A stretch of 63,013 bases of DNA, the filler included, from Gonapodya sp. JEL0774 (taxonomy: Eukaryota), in the NCBI GenBank assembly GCA_027604505.1. It is 40 parts of 40 records of this genome, joined end to end, with 100 filler letters (N's around TTAATTAATTAA, not from the genome) between each part and the next. Parts side by side here need not be neighbours in the genome. Positions count along the whole stretch, not along the records: positions 36,419 to 37,892 come from JADIIX010003087.1; positions 37,993 to 39,466 come from JADIIX010003088.1; positions 39,567 to 41,040 come from JADIIX010003089.1; positions 41,141 to 42,614 come from JADIIX010003090.1; positions 42,715 to 44,188 come from JADIIX010003091.1; positions 44,289 to 45,761 come from JADIIX010003092.1; positions 45,862 to 47,333 come from JADIIX010003093.1; positions 47,434 to 48,905 come from JADIIX010003094.1; 32 more parts are not named here. One strand, written 5' to 3'. Both the position numbers and the translations under genes were made by a program. Below the pieces are notes generated by a model that was not told where the DNA came from, did not search any database, and saw nothing but the letters and a program-made list of their open reading frames with translations. Every line of letters begins with the position of its first letter. The stretch's first letter is position 1. Below are positions 36,704-49,005 of the stretch, piece after piece.

Positions 36704-37411
36704 TTACTTTATTGCATCTGCAACGTCACAAAGTTCCAGAGGCAAGTGAAATTTGAGCTCACCGCATATTCTTGGGTTCTCCGCAGACCCCGCTTTCCCA
36801 TGACGCCAATTAGCTGTCGTGGGTCGTCTCCGCGTTGTAGGAGGAGTGCGTACGTCTGATTCACCCTCGGACCCACTGTTACGTACCGAGTCCAACTTTT
36901 TCCTCTTAGCTGGTCGAATTTTAATGTATTCTGGATGGGACGACGTGTCAGAATCGCCATCGTGGTGCACATTCGGCTCTCCCTCCCTTTCCTCTTCACT
37001 CGAAGCATCCCGCTCTATTCTTTTCGACGCCTTCGCCGCCTTTCGATCCATCAATATATTGGCTCGAACTTTTGTCGCGCCCGGTCTGGAACTCCTCGTG
37101 ATTCGTGTTGGTTGGGCCCTCAAGGCTGGTGCATCATCAAACTCTTCTCCATCTGCACTGGACGAATCCAGGCGCTGTCTCCCCGATTTCTTCTCCAGTG
37201 TTTCCTCGACAGCCATTTTGTCGTATTTCTTTCCCGAGGTATGCGCTGCTTTACGCGGTGTTCGTGGTGTGACGGGGGTACGGTTTGAGTCACCAATGCT
37301 CGACTGCGTCGGCGCAATTGAACGAGGGGAGCGCCTTTTGGTTGATGAGGATTCGGGAGAAGATGCGGAGACCATTTCTCGGGCTGGGTGAAGGTCAAAG
37401 CCTCGAATCAA
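36704..37411 (-). CDS. Hypothetical protein, disordered S/TP- and basic-rich exon
   Basis: 235-aa open frame; NLS-like PAKRKK; no recognisable domain. Confidence 0.4.
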   Translation of the reverse strand: MIRGFDLHPAREMVSASSPESSSTKRRSPRSIAPTQSSIGDSNRTPVTPRTPRKAAHTSGKKYDKMAVEETLEKKSGRQRLDSSSADGEEFDDAPALRAQPTRITRSSRPGATKVRANILMDRKAAKASKRIERDASSEEEREGEPNVHHDGDSDTSSHPEYIKIRPAKRKKLDSVRNSGSEGESDVRTPPTTRRRPTTANWRHGKAGSAENPRICGELKFHLPLELCDVADAIK

Positions 37412-40400
37412 ACGGGAATAGTGTGAGGTCCGTGTGGTTCAGGTCAAACTTTGCACTATGCAGAGTATGTGAACGAGAACCAGTAAACCCAGGAGATCCG
37501 GAACTTTTTTGTCACTGAACGGGCTAGAAAGCCGATATCACTTCAGTGGGGTGGGAAGGCGTACGTAGACTTTCGTGTTTTTGAAGCCGGTCATTGAGAC
37601 GTCAATTGAATAAATGCTCATTCAAATGATCAGAAATTCAAAAGTTCACCCTTTCGGGAACTCACACCGTCGCTTCTGGAGTTCGCTCGTATGTAGTACA
37701 TATGGTAGCACTTCTTTGGACCTGGTCTCACGTCGTCTTTTGGATGCACATGCGTGATATAAATTTGATAATGTGAAATACATGTTGGATATCCATTCAG
37801 AACATTGGAACGATAATGAATACCGCCTCTCCATCTGGTCCACACCAACGCTGCGGCCACATATGTCAGAGTCTCTTCTACGAACCGGCGCANNNNNNNN
37901 NNNNNNNNNNNNNNNNNNNNNNNNNNNNNNNNNNNNTTAATTAATTAANNNNNNNNNNNNNNNNNNNNNNNNNNNNNNNNNNNNNNNNNNNNCGCCGATG
38001 CGTGAGGTTGAGGTAGAGCAGGATGCATTGGTAGGGCAGGAAGGTTTGGAGCGTACATTGAATCACAGGCAACGGGGAATGTGGGGAAACGAAAGCTGAG
38101 TGGGATTGCGGGCTCCTGACTTGTTCCGTGATAGTGACTCAGGATGACGAGAAAGCGTAATGTCCTTGGAGAGAAAACAACTCAGAGTCCAGATTGAAAT
38201 AGTAAGTCTTCTGATTTTTTCGTATTGAGTTTGTTTGCTTTGCTTCTTTTGTCAAATTGCGGTCCGCCTGGTGGTCACGCAAACGGTCCGAGTCACGTGT
38301 CTTGCGGGGACGTGGCAACCGTTGCCGATCTTCAAAACTCGAGGTTCAAGAAGTTTTGGGACGTCCCGGTACAGAATTAGAATGCATTTACTTTATCGAC
38401 CTGTGCTGAGACGTGTATGACTGGGACGTCTTCCTGGTAATGCTCTGTGCTCCTATTGAATCACACTAGAGGATTCGACGTGTTCCAACGCTAGCTCGAC
38501 ACAGCTTTGTAACGGCCTATTCCTTTGCGCAGATCCAACAAGTATATATTGGCTCCATGAGGTACTTTCGACTTTAGCTTTGTGGGGACTGCCTGTCCCT
38601 TGTGATGATCAAAAAGTACTTGTGCACCATAGCTCAGCCGTTCGTTTACACTCGCACAATACACACCAGATCATGATGAAAAGAACCAGCAGTTGTTTGT
38701 CCGAGACAACAGAACGGAGGGTTTCGTTCATCCAAGTGATGCCTTTGTTGGTGGACGGACCATCGATAATCTACATCTTTGTTTCAAAGCACAGAACGCC
38801 GAATGGAGTGTGATATCAAATGGTTGCACCAATCATCTGCGTATATCGTTGAAGATCATGCATATCAGAGATCTCCAAAGCTCGCTGAACCTACCACCTT
38901 CCGCACTGTTCAACTTTTATGGTAATTACCAGATCCAGATATATCGCCATCAGTCCTCTCTTTCACACGTGAACGCAATCTGAGCCCCGTAATATACAAG
39001 TGAGAGTGCGATCTACTGAACTTGAATAACGAGTGGAAAGGTGGCCGGTTTGCCGAGAGCCGACACTACCACTTTCAGCATATAATCAAGCGAGGATGTC
39101 CTCTAGCACACAAGCACCACCACCGAATGCGTTCGCGTCCGCATTTTTCAACCCACCCGTGAGTTGAATGGATCTAAAGCTGCCTACAAGAGGAGTTCAT
39201 TTGTGAACCTTTCGGAACACGCAATCGTAGGCGAAGTCCAAGCTCGGAGAGTATCGAAGGCTATCTGAAAAAGCTGCAGTCAGGGTCAGCCCGATCACGC
39301 TTGGTGAGGGTCTGAGAAGCTCGCTCGGGAGGGAAACTACGTTCATAATGAAGTACCGCCTTTGATGTACCATCACCTATTTCCGCCCCATGTCATCCCA
39401 AAGGCGCAATGAATTTCGGACAAGGTACATTTCTCTTACTCTCTCACTTGATGATGGATAACTTGANNNNNNNNNNNNNNNNNNNNNNNNNNNNNNNNNN
39501 NNNNNNNNNNTTAATTAATTAANNNNNNNNNNNNNNNNNNNNNNNNNNNNNNNNNNNNNNNNNNNNTTCCTGTCCTTTTTACGCTTCCGAGGTCCGGTCC
39601 CTCCGTCCCCTCCACTCTCATCTCGTACCCTACGCAAATCTGCCGAAGACTTCGCAGATGTTGGTAGTGTCCGAGTGGTAGCCGCCGCAGTGTCCTTGCT
39701 GGGTCCCTCAGGCACCCTGTCAGTCGCGTCCCCTGGCCTTTTCTCTGTTTCACGAGTCGCCTGCCCTCCACCACCTTCACCAAAGAAATTGTCTGAGAGC
39801 GACAGTATCCCAAAGCTTGCCTCTGTCTCCGGAGCGTCCAGAAGCCCGTCCAAAGGAAGCTTGGGATCCGCTTCTGCAGCCGGACCAGGACGTGGACCTG
39901 TCCCACCCGGTCCCACGACGTCGGCGTTCGAGTCCGTCTCCTGCAGTCCTGACATTGCAGCGAGGCGTATCATTTCGGTTCTTGCAGACCAAGAAGGACG
40001 GTGGGACGCAGGTCATCAGAGCAGATACCCTCTGGACACGTCTCTCCACACTCACCGATCTCCATCTGCCTGCTCGTCCACCTCCCGTTCACCAACCACC
40101 ACCGACCCAACTACCACCGACCCACCTCCACCTCTATACTCCAACGGCACCTCCCCGATTTCACCCACCACCCTCTTCCACCATTCCGTCACCGCGTCCT
40201 CCACTCCCCGGAGATCCTCCACGTACTCCTTTGCCACGACCCAGCACCGCGCGACCGCAGCGCACACCACGAGACTCGAGGGCATGAAGTAGGTCGCCGC
40301 GAGGAGGCGCCGGTAGAGAGTGTAGGTGGGGGGAAGGAGGCGGATGAGCTGGGAGGTCAGAGGGTGTGCAGGAAGGTGTGGGGTAGAGGATGGAACAGTG

Positions 40401-41754
40401 GTGTGAATTCATCGTGTAATGCAGAGCGTAGTTCACGCGGAATTTGTTATGAGCGGATGGTGCGATAAGAGAAGACGCACAGGTGGCTACATTGGCCATT
40501 GTGTTATGGTACCCTGACGCCGAAGGACGTCCGCGCAGTGAGGTACTGACAAACAGACTTTTGGAATCCCGATCCCCTCCGCCGTCCATGAGCGTTGTTG
40601 AGAGCGAACTAGAGTCATGGGGCTTCCAATTACGAACCTTCAAGTCCATGTCTGCCGAAACCCGTCAGCAAGGCACCACGAGAGATTTCTCAAGTCCGAA
40701 ACCTTTGCACAACATTGTCTCGAGTCACATGGTCCTCCTTTTCCTCGTTCGTTCCCAATGATGCCACCTCGTGTGGTCCACAAGTTCTCCTTCCTAGTGA
40801 CCGCTCACCTCGACAAAAAGACTCCGCAAATCCGTTACACTCGAGATCAAGTCCTGAATTGATTCTCTGGACGGCAAGTTCGCCCATGTCTTGCTGTTCT
40901 TCCCTGCCTGCCGGGGATCTCCAACGATCTTTTCCAGCGAGCCCACCACCCGCTCGCGGTGCTTCGCACACCTCTTGACGATCCTCACGACGCCGGAAAG
41001 ATGCATCCATCCATGATCCCGTCTGTGCTGGTTTCGTCCCNNNNNNNNNNNNNNNNNNNNNNNNNNNNNNNNNNNNNNNNNNNNTTAATTAATTAANNNN
41101 NNNNNNNNNNNNNNNNNNNNNNNNNNNNNNNNNNNNNNNNAGCAGTCTCTCATCGAGGTCATCAGGCTGTTCCCAGGGCTCCAACGTCTCGTGGTCACTC
41201 ACTCTGTCCATCAACGAACATTGGCATCTCATTTGAGTCCAACCACAGTTCAGCGGTTGGGTAGGATTCTCACAACTCTGGTGCGCACCCTTCCCGATGG
41301 ATGCGCCGCAAAGATTGCGAAATTGGACTTGAAGAAACCAGAGTTTGAGATTTTTGCATCACAGAGACGACACGCTGACGACGTGTGGCCGGCAGAACTG
41401 CGTAACTGGAACGGACAGAGATCGATCAAAGTTTTTCGGCGAGTGGCGTGACCAGAGGGAACACACATGATCCGGTAAAATAACTCGTGTCAGGGAGAGC
41501 AACGGCGTGACGCTATTTTGAACTAGCTTGCGAACCAATCTGTAATATGTCCGACACAACAAATCATATTATGAGGCGTCTTTATTTTCCTTCATTCAAT
41601 CCACGAGTTTGCTCTATTGCTCCTTTTTGCTTTTTGATATCCTTACATTCTTCTACCGTCACTATTTTTCGACCTCGCCATCACCTGGTGCCCGCCCGCA
41701 CGCGTCATCCACCTCACCCCGCCCACACCTTCCCTCTCTCCACCCCGCGCCGGC

Positions 41755-42614
41755 TCATTTTGTCGTCCCCTTGGGCCACACCCCGACCTCCACGAACCCG
41801 TCAATGACCTCCCTCAGCAGCGCCTCGGTAACTACGGGGTGAGAGTAGGTGAAGCCCAGCGTGGACACGATCTGGATCGGGGTCGGGGTCAGCGCAGGTG
41901 TGAGGGAGCGTCGTGATGAAGAAAGGCGGTACAACCTTCCCCCCCTCCACCACCCTGCCACCGACCCACAACCCACCTTGCCCCCCTCGACGTACAACTC
42001 GTTATCCTTGAGCAGCTCCCTGTCCAAGTACGGCGACAGCGGGGTGTTGGCCACGTTTCCCGCCTTGCACAGGTCGGCCCAAGGTTGGAGGTGCAGGTCG
42101 TTCACGTCTTCCGTGACTGAGTCGAGGTTGAGCTGGAGGGGTGGGATTAGGGGNNNNNNNNNNACGTCGGCCCCTGGTTTTGTTGTGGTGTTTTTTACTC
42201 TTTCGGTTTTCTTTTTCTGTTTTTCCGGTGGGGGTGGGTTTTGGGGGGGGGGGGGGGGGGGACGGGGGGTTGGGGAGGCCCGTGGTGTGGGTCAGGGAGT
42301 GGGCAGTGGGAACCCTTGCGATATGGGGGTACATGTCTCTCACCTTTGCGAAACTACTGATGATCGTCCCCTGGTACCCCGTCGTGATCCCAAATATGCT
42401 CCGGATGTGCGCGTTGATGGATTCTTGCGCTGCCCGTACCGCGTTACGTTTCCGAATCAAACCACACACCGGTCAGCATCGATATCCCAATCAACCCATC
42501 CACACCTCCCTTTCCCCCGCCCCCGTACCACGACTCACTGGAATCCCCCGAATCCGCCAAATTATACACCTCGGCCTCCCCCGCCTTCACCTTACTTGTC
42601 CTCCCGCCCCCCTC
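41755..42614 (-). CDS. NAD-dependent epimerase/dehydratase (extended SDR), C-terminal exons
   Basis: Spliced EVYNLADSGDS|QESINAHIRSIFGITTGYQGTIISSFAK|...VTEDVNDLHLQPWADLCK...NTPLSPYLDRELLKDN...GFTYSHP. Confidence 0.7.
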
Positions 42615-42714
42615 NNNNNNNNNNNNNNNNNNNNNNNNNNNNNNNNNNNNNNNNNNNNTTAATTAATTAANNNNNNNNNNNNNNNNNNNNNNNNNNNNNN
42701 NNNNNNNNNNNNNN

Positions 42715-44188
42715 CCCCCGCCCCAACCCACCACCCTCCCCGACCACCTTCACCCTCCCCTCCCTCTCCCCTTCCTCATCTTCATACAATGCACAGTACG
42801 GCCACATTTTCCTCCCTTCGGCCCGTGTGACGAGGCTGCGGAACCGGACCACGGTGGATAGGGGGACGCCTTGGCGGTAGAGGACGGACAGGGTAAGGGT
42901 GCGGCAGCTGGGGGAGGGGGGGGGGGGGGGGGGAGAGGATGGGAAGAGGGAGATGAGTGATGCGTGAGATGGGACACCGTGAGCCACGCCACCGGGCAAC
43001 GTCCCCACCCACCGACCCGTACCCGTACCTACCGGTTCTTGGTGGGTATGATCTCGTTGGTGACCACGCCGAGGAGTTGGTCGATACAGGTGGCCAGACT
43101 GCCGCCGTCTGGTGCGGGGGGGTGGAGGGGGGTGAGGTTCGAGGCAGGAGGGGTGAGGAGAGCCGGCCACATGACGCACGCACGCACACCCCACCCGCCA
43201 ACACCTCCAACCACCCATCGCCCCTCTAACACCCTTCCCCCCCGGTCGAGCGTTCCAGATTCCAGCACCTAACGCGGGCCCACCAACGTCCAACGTCCAA
43301 CGTCCCGCGTCACACAACTTGGGTTGTGCGTTGTTTCCCACCCTGCTCTGGCACCCTGGCACCCTGGCACCCTGGTACGATACCAGAGAGCCGCACAACG
43401 CACGAGTCCCCGAAGGCCGGGGTGTGGTGCGTGGTGCGTGGTGCGTGGTTCCGGCTCCACAAGTTCCGACGGTGCTCCTACGCATCCCACTTGGATGGGT
43501 CGCCCCCTCTCCGCACAACATGGACTCCGCTTCTGTATACCCTCCCACCTCCCTACACCCTCCACCTCTCACCCTTTCCACCCTTCCCACCCATCCCATA
43601 CCCCCCACCCCCCCACCCCCCAACCCCCCCTTCCAAAACCACTCACGGCAATACCCTATAGGCCCTTCACAGTACTTTGTAAAGAAGGCCGCGCCGACGA
43701 TTTCGGCCTTTGGAGCGGGCTCGGACGCGCGGCGGGCCGCGTCTTCCGCGGCGTAGGGAGCCCAGTCGGAGGGGCGGAGGTGCTGGGCGGGGCGGGTTGG
43801 GGGGGGATGGGTGGATGGTGGGATGGGTGGGATGGGGGGATGGGGGTTGGGAGGGTGGAGGGGGGTTAACCCATTTTAATACAACAGTCAACACCAACAC
43901 TCCACTCCACACATCCGCCCTTCAAAAATCCCTTCGGCACCCCCCACCAAACCCCCCCACCCCCGGGATGGGGTTGGAGGGGGGTTAATCCATTTTAATA
44001 CAACAAACAGTCAACACCAACACTCCACTCCACTTCACACATCCGCCCTTCAAAAATCCCCTCGGCGCCCCCCCCCCCCCCCCCCCCCCCGCCCGCCGGG
44101 GGGGTGGAATTAGTTTTGGTGATCCAGCATTGACTGAGACCCCACCACCCACCTCCTTCCACCCCTTGATCGACTTCTCCACGAGAAT
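42715..44188 (-). CDS. HotDog-fold acyl-CoA thioesterase (THEM4/PaaI-like), spliced, partial
   Basis: Removing intron 43646-43109 gives FTKYCEGPIGYCHGGSLATCIDQLLG; next exon RTLTLSVLYRQGVPLSTVVRF...EGRK. Confidence 0.8.
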
Positions 44189-44288
44189 NNNNNNNNNNNN
44201 NNNNNNNNNNNNNNNNNNNNNNNNNNNNNNNNTTAATTAATTAANNNNNNNNNNNNNNNNNNNNNNNNNNNNNNNNNNNNNNNNNNNN

Positions 44289-44713
44289 CATAACTGCTTT
44301 AGTCAGGGGTCCCCCCCTCTGAGTGATTGAAGCTCTTCGACTCACTCTTCCCAGGTCCACGTTTCCGCACGAAAGCTGGGTACACGCAATCCGAGTTCCT
44401 TTTTTCACATCTCTGACATCTTGGATCATCCCCAGAGCACTTCACTCGGAGTCTCCGACATTCATTGCACGCCTTGAACGAGGAGAAGATGGTCCCGATC
44501 AATGTACAGCGGTGAACTTGGTGACAAAGCCCCGCCGACGCTCTGGGAAGTGTCTACCTTTTCGACTCTCTGTCGTTTCTTTCCGGTCTTCCCTGAACCG
44601 TCCTGATTTGGTGAGTTAGTGCCCGAATGCTCGGCGGAATGTAGAGAGCGAGAGGGAGAGCCTGGCTGAGGAAGGGGTGCTTCATCGGCTTGATCGCCCT
44701 GTGAATCCTGCAT
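44289..44713 (-). CDS. Zn(II)2Cys6 transcription factor, 5' partial (intron 44557-44473)
   Basis: KKRQRVEK|ACNECRRLRVKCSGDDPRCQRCEKRNSDCVY...RKRGP. Confidence 0.92.
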
Positions 44714-45009
44714 TCCAAAATTTCTCTTGCTCTGGGGGGACAGCGATTGAAAAACAGTTGTGTGTGGAGTTGTGTCTGAGGTGGCCGGCACCACTGCAGC
44801 CAAGCCCAATAACGATGTGCCTCAAATATCATTTCATTGGACAAACGTTATGAAAGAATTGCTCTAATTTTGAGTGACCGCCCATTGATGTTTGAGACGG
44901 CTCCTTGATACCGGGGGTGGCAAGCAGGCTGTTCCGGTGATGCTCTCAGAACAATATCCATACCCACTCATTGGTGTATTCAAAGATGGTCCTAAAGCGT
45001 TCGGGACAT

Positions 45010-45501
45010 TTACCACTCTGCCTCATCTTCCACCACCTTTATTGGCCGAAACCTCCCTATTTTCGCTGGAACCTCCTGCTGCAACGGCTCTTTCCCCGCT
45101 CCTTGTCCTCCAACACCATTCGAAGATACGTCCATCAGTGCGGCTTCGAGGAGAGGTGCAGGTGCCATCTCCAACTTGAGAGGCAGAGTATGCGATTCGC
45201 GAGTACTATCAGGTTCAGGTTGTTGTGTGCTTGCACCAGGTGCTACATCAGCTCCTTGTTCCTCCTCATTCTTCTCTGCATCTGCAGATGTCTCTTCTTC
45301 TCGGTGCCCATCTCCAGCTCCAGTAAGCCTTTCGTCCCCACTTTCTTCGCTACCTTCATCGCCAGCTCCTGTCTCTTTCTTTCCTGTACCTCCTCCCCCC
45401 TTCTTCCGCTTGAGACGTTTAGCTCTTTTTTTGGCAGTTTGCTCTTCATTCTGCCGCGCAAGGAAGGCGAGTCGTTCTTCGTGCTGTTGATCCAGGTAAG
45501 C
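45010..45501 (-). CDS. PRKRIP1/DUF1168-like splicing factor, last exon
   Basis: After a TAG acceptor: AYLDQQHEERLAFLARQNEEQTAKKRAKRLKRKK...IKVVEDEAEW*; missing from the ORF track because it has no Met start. Confidence 0.6.
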   Translation of the reverse strand, partial: AYLDQQHEERLAFLARQNEEQTAKKRAKRLKRKKGGGGTGKKETGAGDEGSEESGDERLTGAGDGHREEETSADAEKNEEEQGADVAPGASTQQPEPDSTRESHTLPLKLEMAPAPLLEAALMDVSSNGVGGQGAGKEPLQQEVPAKIGRFRPIKVVEDEAEW

Positions 45502-45861
45502 CTAGTGGAGATGATTGAGTGCGGTGTGGTGCGCGCAAACGAGGTGGAAGTGGCAGGACAAGAACATCAAAAATTGAGCTCGTTTCTGAAAAATGATACA
45601 ACTGTGACTGTGAAACTGAACACAATGCGGGCGGTGCGGGAACGGGCGGACGCGTACACCATGGGCGAACTCGAAGATGCATGCCCCACTGAATGTTGAG
45701 GCCTCGCTTCCATGAAGATTCTCAAAGTGCATTCGCTTTCTCACGTCTCCTGACCAGCTCANNNNNNNNNNNNNNNNNNNNNNNNNNNNNNNNNNNNNNN
45801 NNNNNTTAATTAATTAANNNNNNNNNNNNNNNNNNNNNNNNNNNNNNNNNNNNNNNNNNNN

Positions 45862-46553
45862 TAGTAATCGTGATGATCATACTGCAGTTCGTGATCGGTG
45901 GGGTCGCGTATTCGAAGAAGGGAGATGTGCCCAAGGCACTCGACAACAACTGGGCGAGCTTTTCAACGGCAAATCCAAAGTGGACTGAAGCCCTAGAGAA
46001 GAGTTTCAAGTGCTGTGGATGTGAGAAATCGTATACTTAATGAGCGGGTGGCGATTTGCATCCCCAACCCTACGCTAATTCTTCGGACATTCATCCATTC
46101 CAAGACAACAACATCACCGACGGTCCTACCAACCCCACCTGCGGCAAGTACGTTCCAACAGACGGATCAACCGTCACTGGCGCCTACTTGTTCGACGAGC
46201 CCTGCCGCGCCGTGATCATCGAAAAGTTCGAGGCATCGTTCGATTCGTTGGGAGTTGCAGGCGTGACGCTAGGGCTTATCGAGGTGCGTGTCCGCTTTGT
46301 TTTCTGGCACGCGTTTGGTGCTTTGTTCGTTGACTTAGGTCGCGCGTGCAGCTATTTGGTCTCATCTGCTCCGCATCGCTTTGGGTCTATATCAACCGAA
46401 GGTGCGTTCATTCGTTGTAGATACCTGAGGCGTTAGATTCATTCGGGTTATTCGAACTAAACCTGTCCGTCATTGTTTGTGTCCAATCCCCATACTTCAC
46501 ACAGGAATGCCGCCGCGTACGGGCAGCTGGCGGATCCCAGAGGGCGCGTGTAG
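45862..46553 (+). CDS. Tetraspanin, 3' part (three introns)
   Basis: TM3 IVMIILQFVIGGVAY, EC2 with FKCCG|F and further Cys, TM4 LGVAGVTLGLIE|LFGLICSASLW, tail with YGQL. Confidence 0.85.
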
Positions 46554-47433
46554 GGTTGATCTAGGCAATCAGACTTGGCTCAATTTCTGGATTCGTTTGC
46601 GTGAGGAACCGGGTCGTGGTTTGGAGAGAGAATAGCATGAGTCTTGTCGAAGAGAGAATGAGAAACCGGGTCGTCGTGTGAAGAGAGAATAGCATTCATC
46701 GTGTCCAAGAGAAAGCTACGACATGCATGAATGTTGCTTTGATACTCGATACAGCCATTGAACCGCGTTGGTGTTAGCACGGTAGGAAATTCCATTGAAA
46801 GAACTTCAAGAAGCGATCCTGTGAGCTTGGAGTATCTTATTCCTTGCGCAGTATGCAACTGCAAAGGCATTATGCAGCTGCATGCCACGTGGTTCACATC
46901 CCTCTTCATTTGTATGCCATATCTTCCGGTTGAGCGACAGGCGGTAATGAACCCTATAACCACCAACGCAGTTTTTTATCATTGACTGAAGTTTCCGATC
47001 CTGTCGGTGATGTTCGCCGTCGACATATGATGGTCCAAGTACGACGAGGGAGACGCGTTGGAAGTGGGCCGGGAGCGATAGTGGGTAGGGGGTGGTCACC
47101 CTTGCACAACAGCCGAGCGCCCCAAGAGATGCGGTGTTGATTTGGTTGAGTGGGGGAGGGAAGGGGATGCGAGAGGTGGAGAGGGAAGAGCGGTAAAATA
47201 TTGAAGCGAGTACTAGCGAGAACTTTTCACTTCCCAAGCCAAAATCGAAATTCAATACGAAACCGCAACTCCAAAGCATTAATTCATCGAATAAATTTTT
47301 GTTCCCAGAGCTTGATTGCGTCTCCTCGCCCCANNNNNNNNNNNNNNNNNNNNNNNNNNNNNNNNNNNNNNNNNNNNTTAATTAATTAANNNNNNNNNNN
47401 NNNNNNNNNNNNNNNNNNNNNNNNNNNNNNNNN

Positions 47434-48905
47434 GAATCCAAAGGTGAGGAGAAAAAGAGTGGTGAGCGTGGAAGGAGAGAAACGGTGACGGTAATTCTGG
47501 GAGCTCGTTTGTGTTCTGTGGCGGGGGACAGGAGGTGTCTGTGCTTCATACCAACCATAGTGGAGTTGTCAGTTCACCATCACACCATACTCGCAAAGTC
47601 GATCTCACATTTCTTTTCTCCAGATTGACATCGGACCCGTCGACTTCTCCTGCTCGTTCCTCGTCTCGGACGTCCGACTGCCCGACATGCCCGTGGTCTA
47701 CGTCAGCGACACGTTCGAGATGTTGACGGGGTACACCAAGAAGGAGATTTTGGGACGGAATTGCAGGTTTTTGCAGGGTGAGTTATTGACGCGGGAGAGG
47801 GCAGTGAACAAAGGGCAGCATTCCATGCGGCACGGCACGCTCACTCCCTCCCCCCACCAAACCCGTCCTCGCGGACTTTCTTCAACCTTTCAGCACCCGA
47901 CGGCATCGTCGTACCCGGCACCGTCCGTCAATTCTGCGACAACGCCGTGGTCCACGACATGAAGACCCGAGTGGCCCAGGGCGACGAGTGCCAGTTCACG
48001 CTCATCAACTACAAAAAGAGCGGCGAGCCCTTCATCAACTTGGTGACCGTGATTCCTATCGTGAGCTGTGCCTTGTCCCTTGTATTGTACCGCCTTTGTT
48101 GCAGCTTGGTGACCACTCGAATTGGTGTCTAATTTTTCAATTGGTTGTGGGTATGGTATGGTCAGTGCTGGGACACGCCCGGGGTGGTGACGCATTACGT
48201 CGGGTTGCAAGTGGATATGGTGGAGCAACCTCGAGCGATACTGGAGCGTATGCAAGATGGAAGTTACTCTGTGAACTGTGAGTGTTGGTGTGAATTTAGG
48301 CATTTAGATCACGGTGCCGGATGCCGACACACCACGTTCCCACGATTAGACCGGATAGCGGACCAAATACGCGCTCCGCCCACCCCCGACACACCTTCCC
48401 TGGAATTCGGTCCTGAGCAAGACATGTTGGACGAGCCCAGCCCACGGGGTCCTGAAATGACCGTCGGTGGCACCGTCCCACCAAACCCTGGACCGACAAG
48501 GGCACCCAGGTGGCCATTGGCGGGGACCCAGCAGCCAAGCTACTCTCAAAGTCAACTCCCAGAACCGGTGCCCGTGGTCAATGTCGGACCGTTATCGGTG
48601 GGAAGGCCACCACCCAATCCTCCGGTGGGGCTGCCGCTGGCGGCACTTACTCCACTTCCCCAAACTACTGAACCTTGTTTACCTACTTCGCTCAACTCCG
48701 CACATCGCGAGCCCAACCGAGGGAACCCCGTGCCCACACCGACCTCCCGAACACCAGCAGAAGATCTCGAACTGACATTCTACCGCTCCATCGTGGAGAA
48801 CGCTTCAGAGCTGCTCTCCATCCTCTCACTCCGCGGCCGCTTTTTGTACGCCTCGAGTCGAGCGTGCCGGGCCATGCTCGAATACCAACCGGACGAGGTC
48901 GTGGG
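47434..48905 (+). CDS. wc-1: White collar-1-type LOV/PAS blue-light photoreceptor, internal fragment
   Basis: Spliced NPK|IDIGPVDFSCSFLVSD...GRNCRFLQ|APDG...LINYKKSGEPFINLVTVIPI|...YVGLQVD; PAS-B IVENASELLSILSLRGRFLYAS. Confidence 0.9.
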
Positions 48906-49005
48906 NNNNNNNNNNNNNNNNNNNNNNNNNNNNNNNNNNNNNNNNNNNNTTAATTAATTAANNNNNNNNNNNNNNNNNNNNNNNNNNNNNNNNNNNNNNN
49001 NNNNN

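Noticed and set aside
37993..41040. Short ORFs on two contigs
   Set aside because: No consistent spliced model or recognisable motif; left unannotated.
42667..43623. 318-aa Gly/Pro-rich ORF
   Set aside because: Mostly read-through of G/C-rich introns of the thioesterase gene.
46605..46715. Imperfect ~57-bp direct repeat downstream of the tetraspanin gene
   Set aside because: Two degenerate copies in 3' flanking DNA, no TSD or TIR; probably local slippage.
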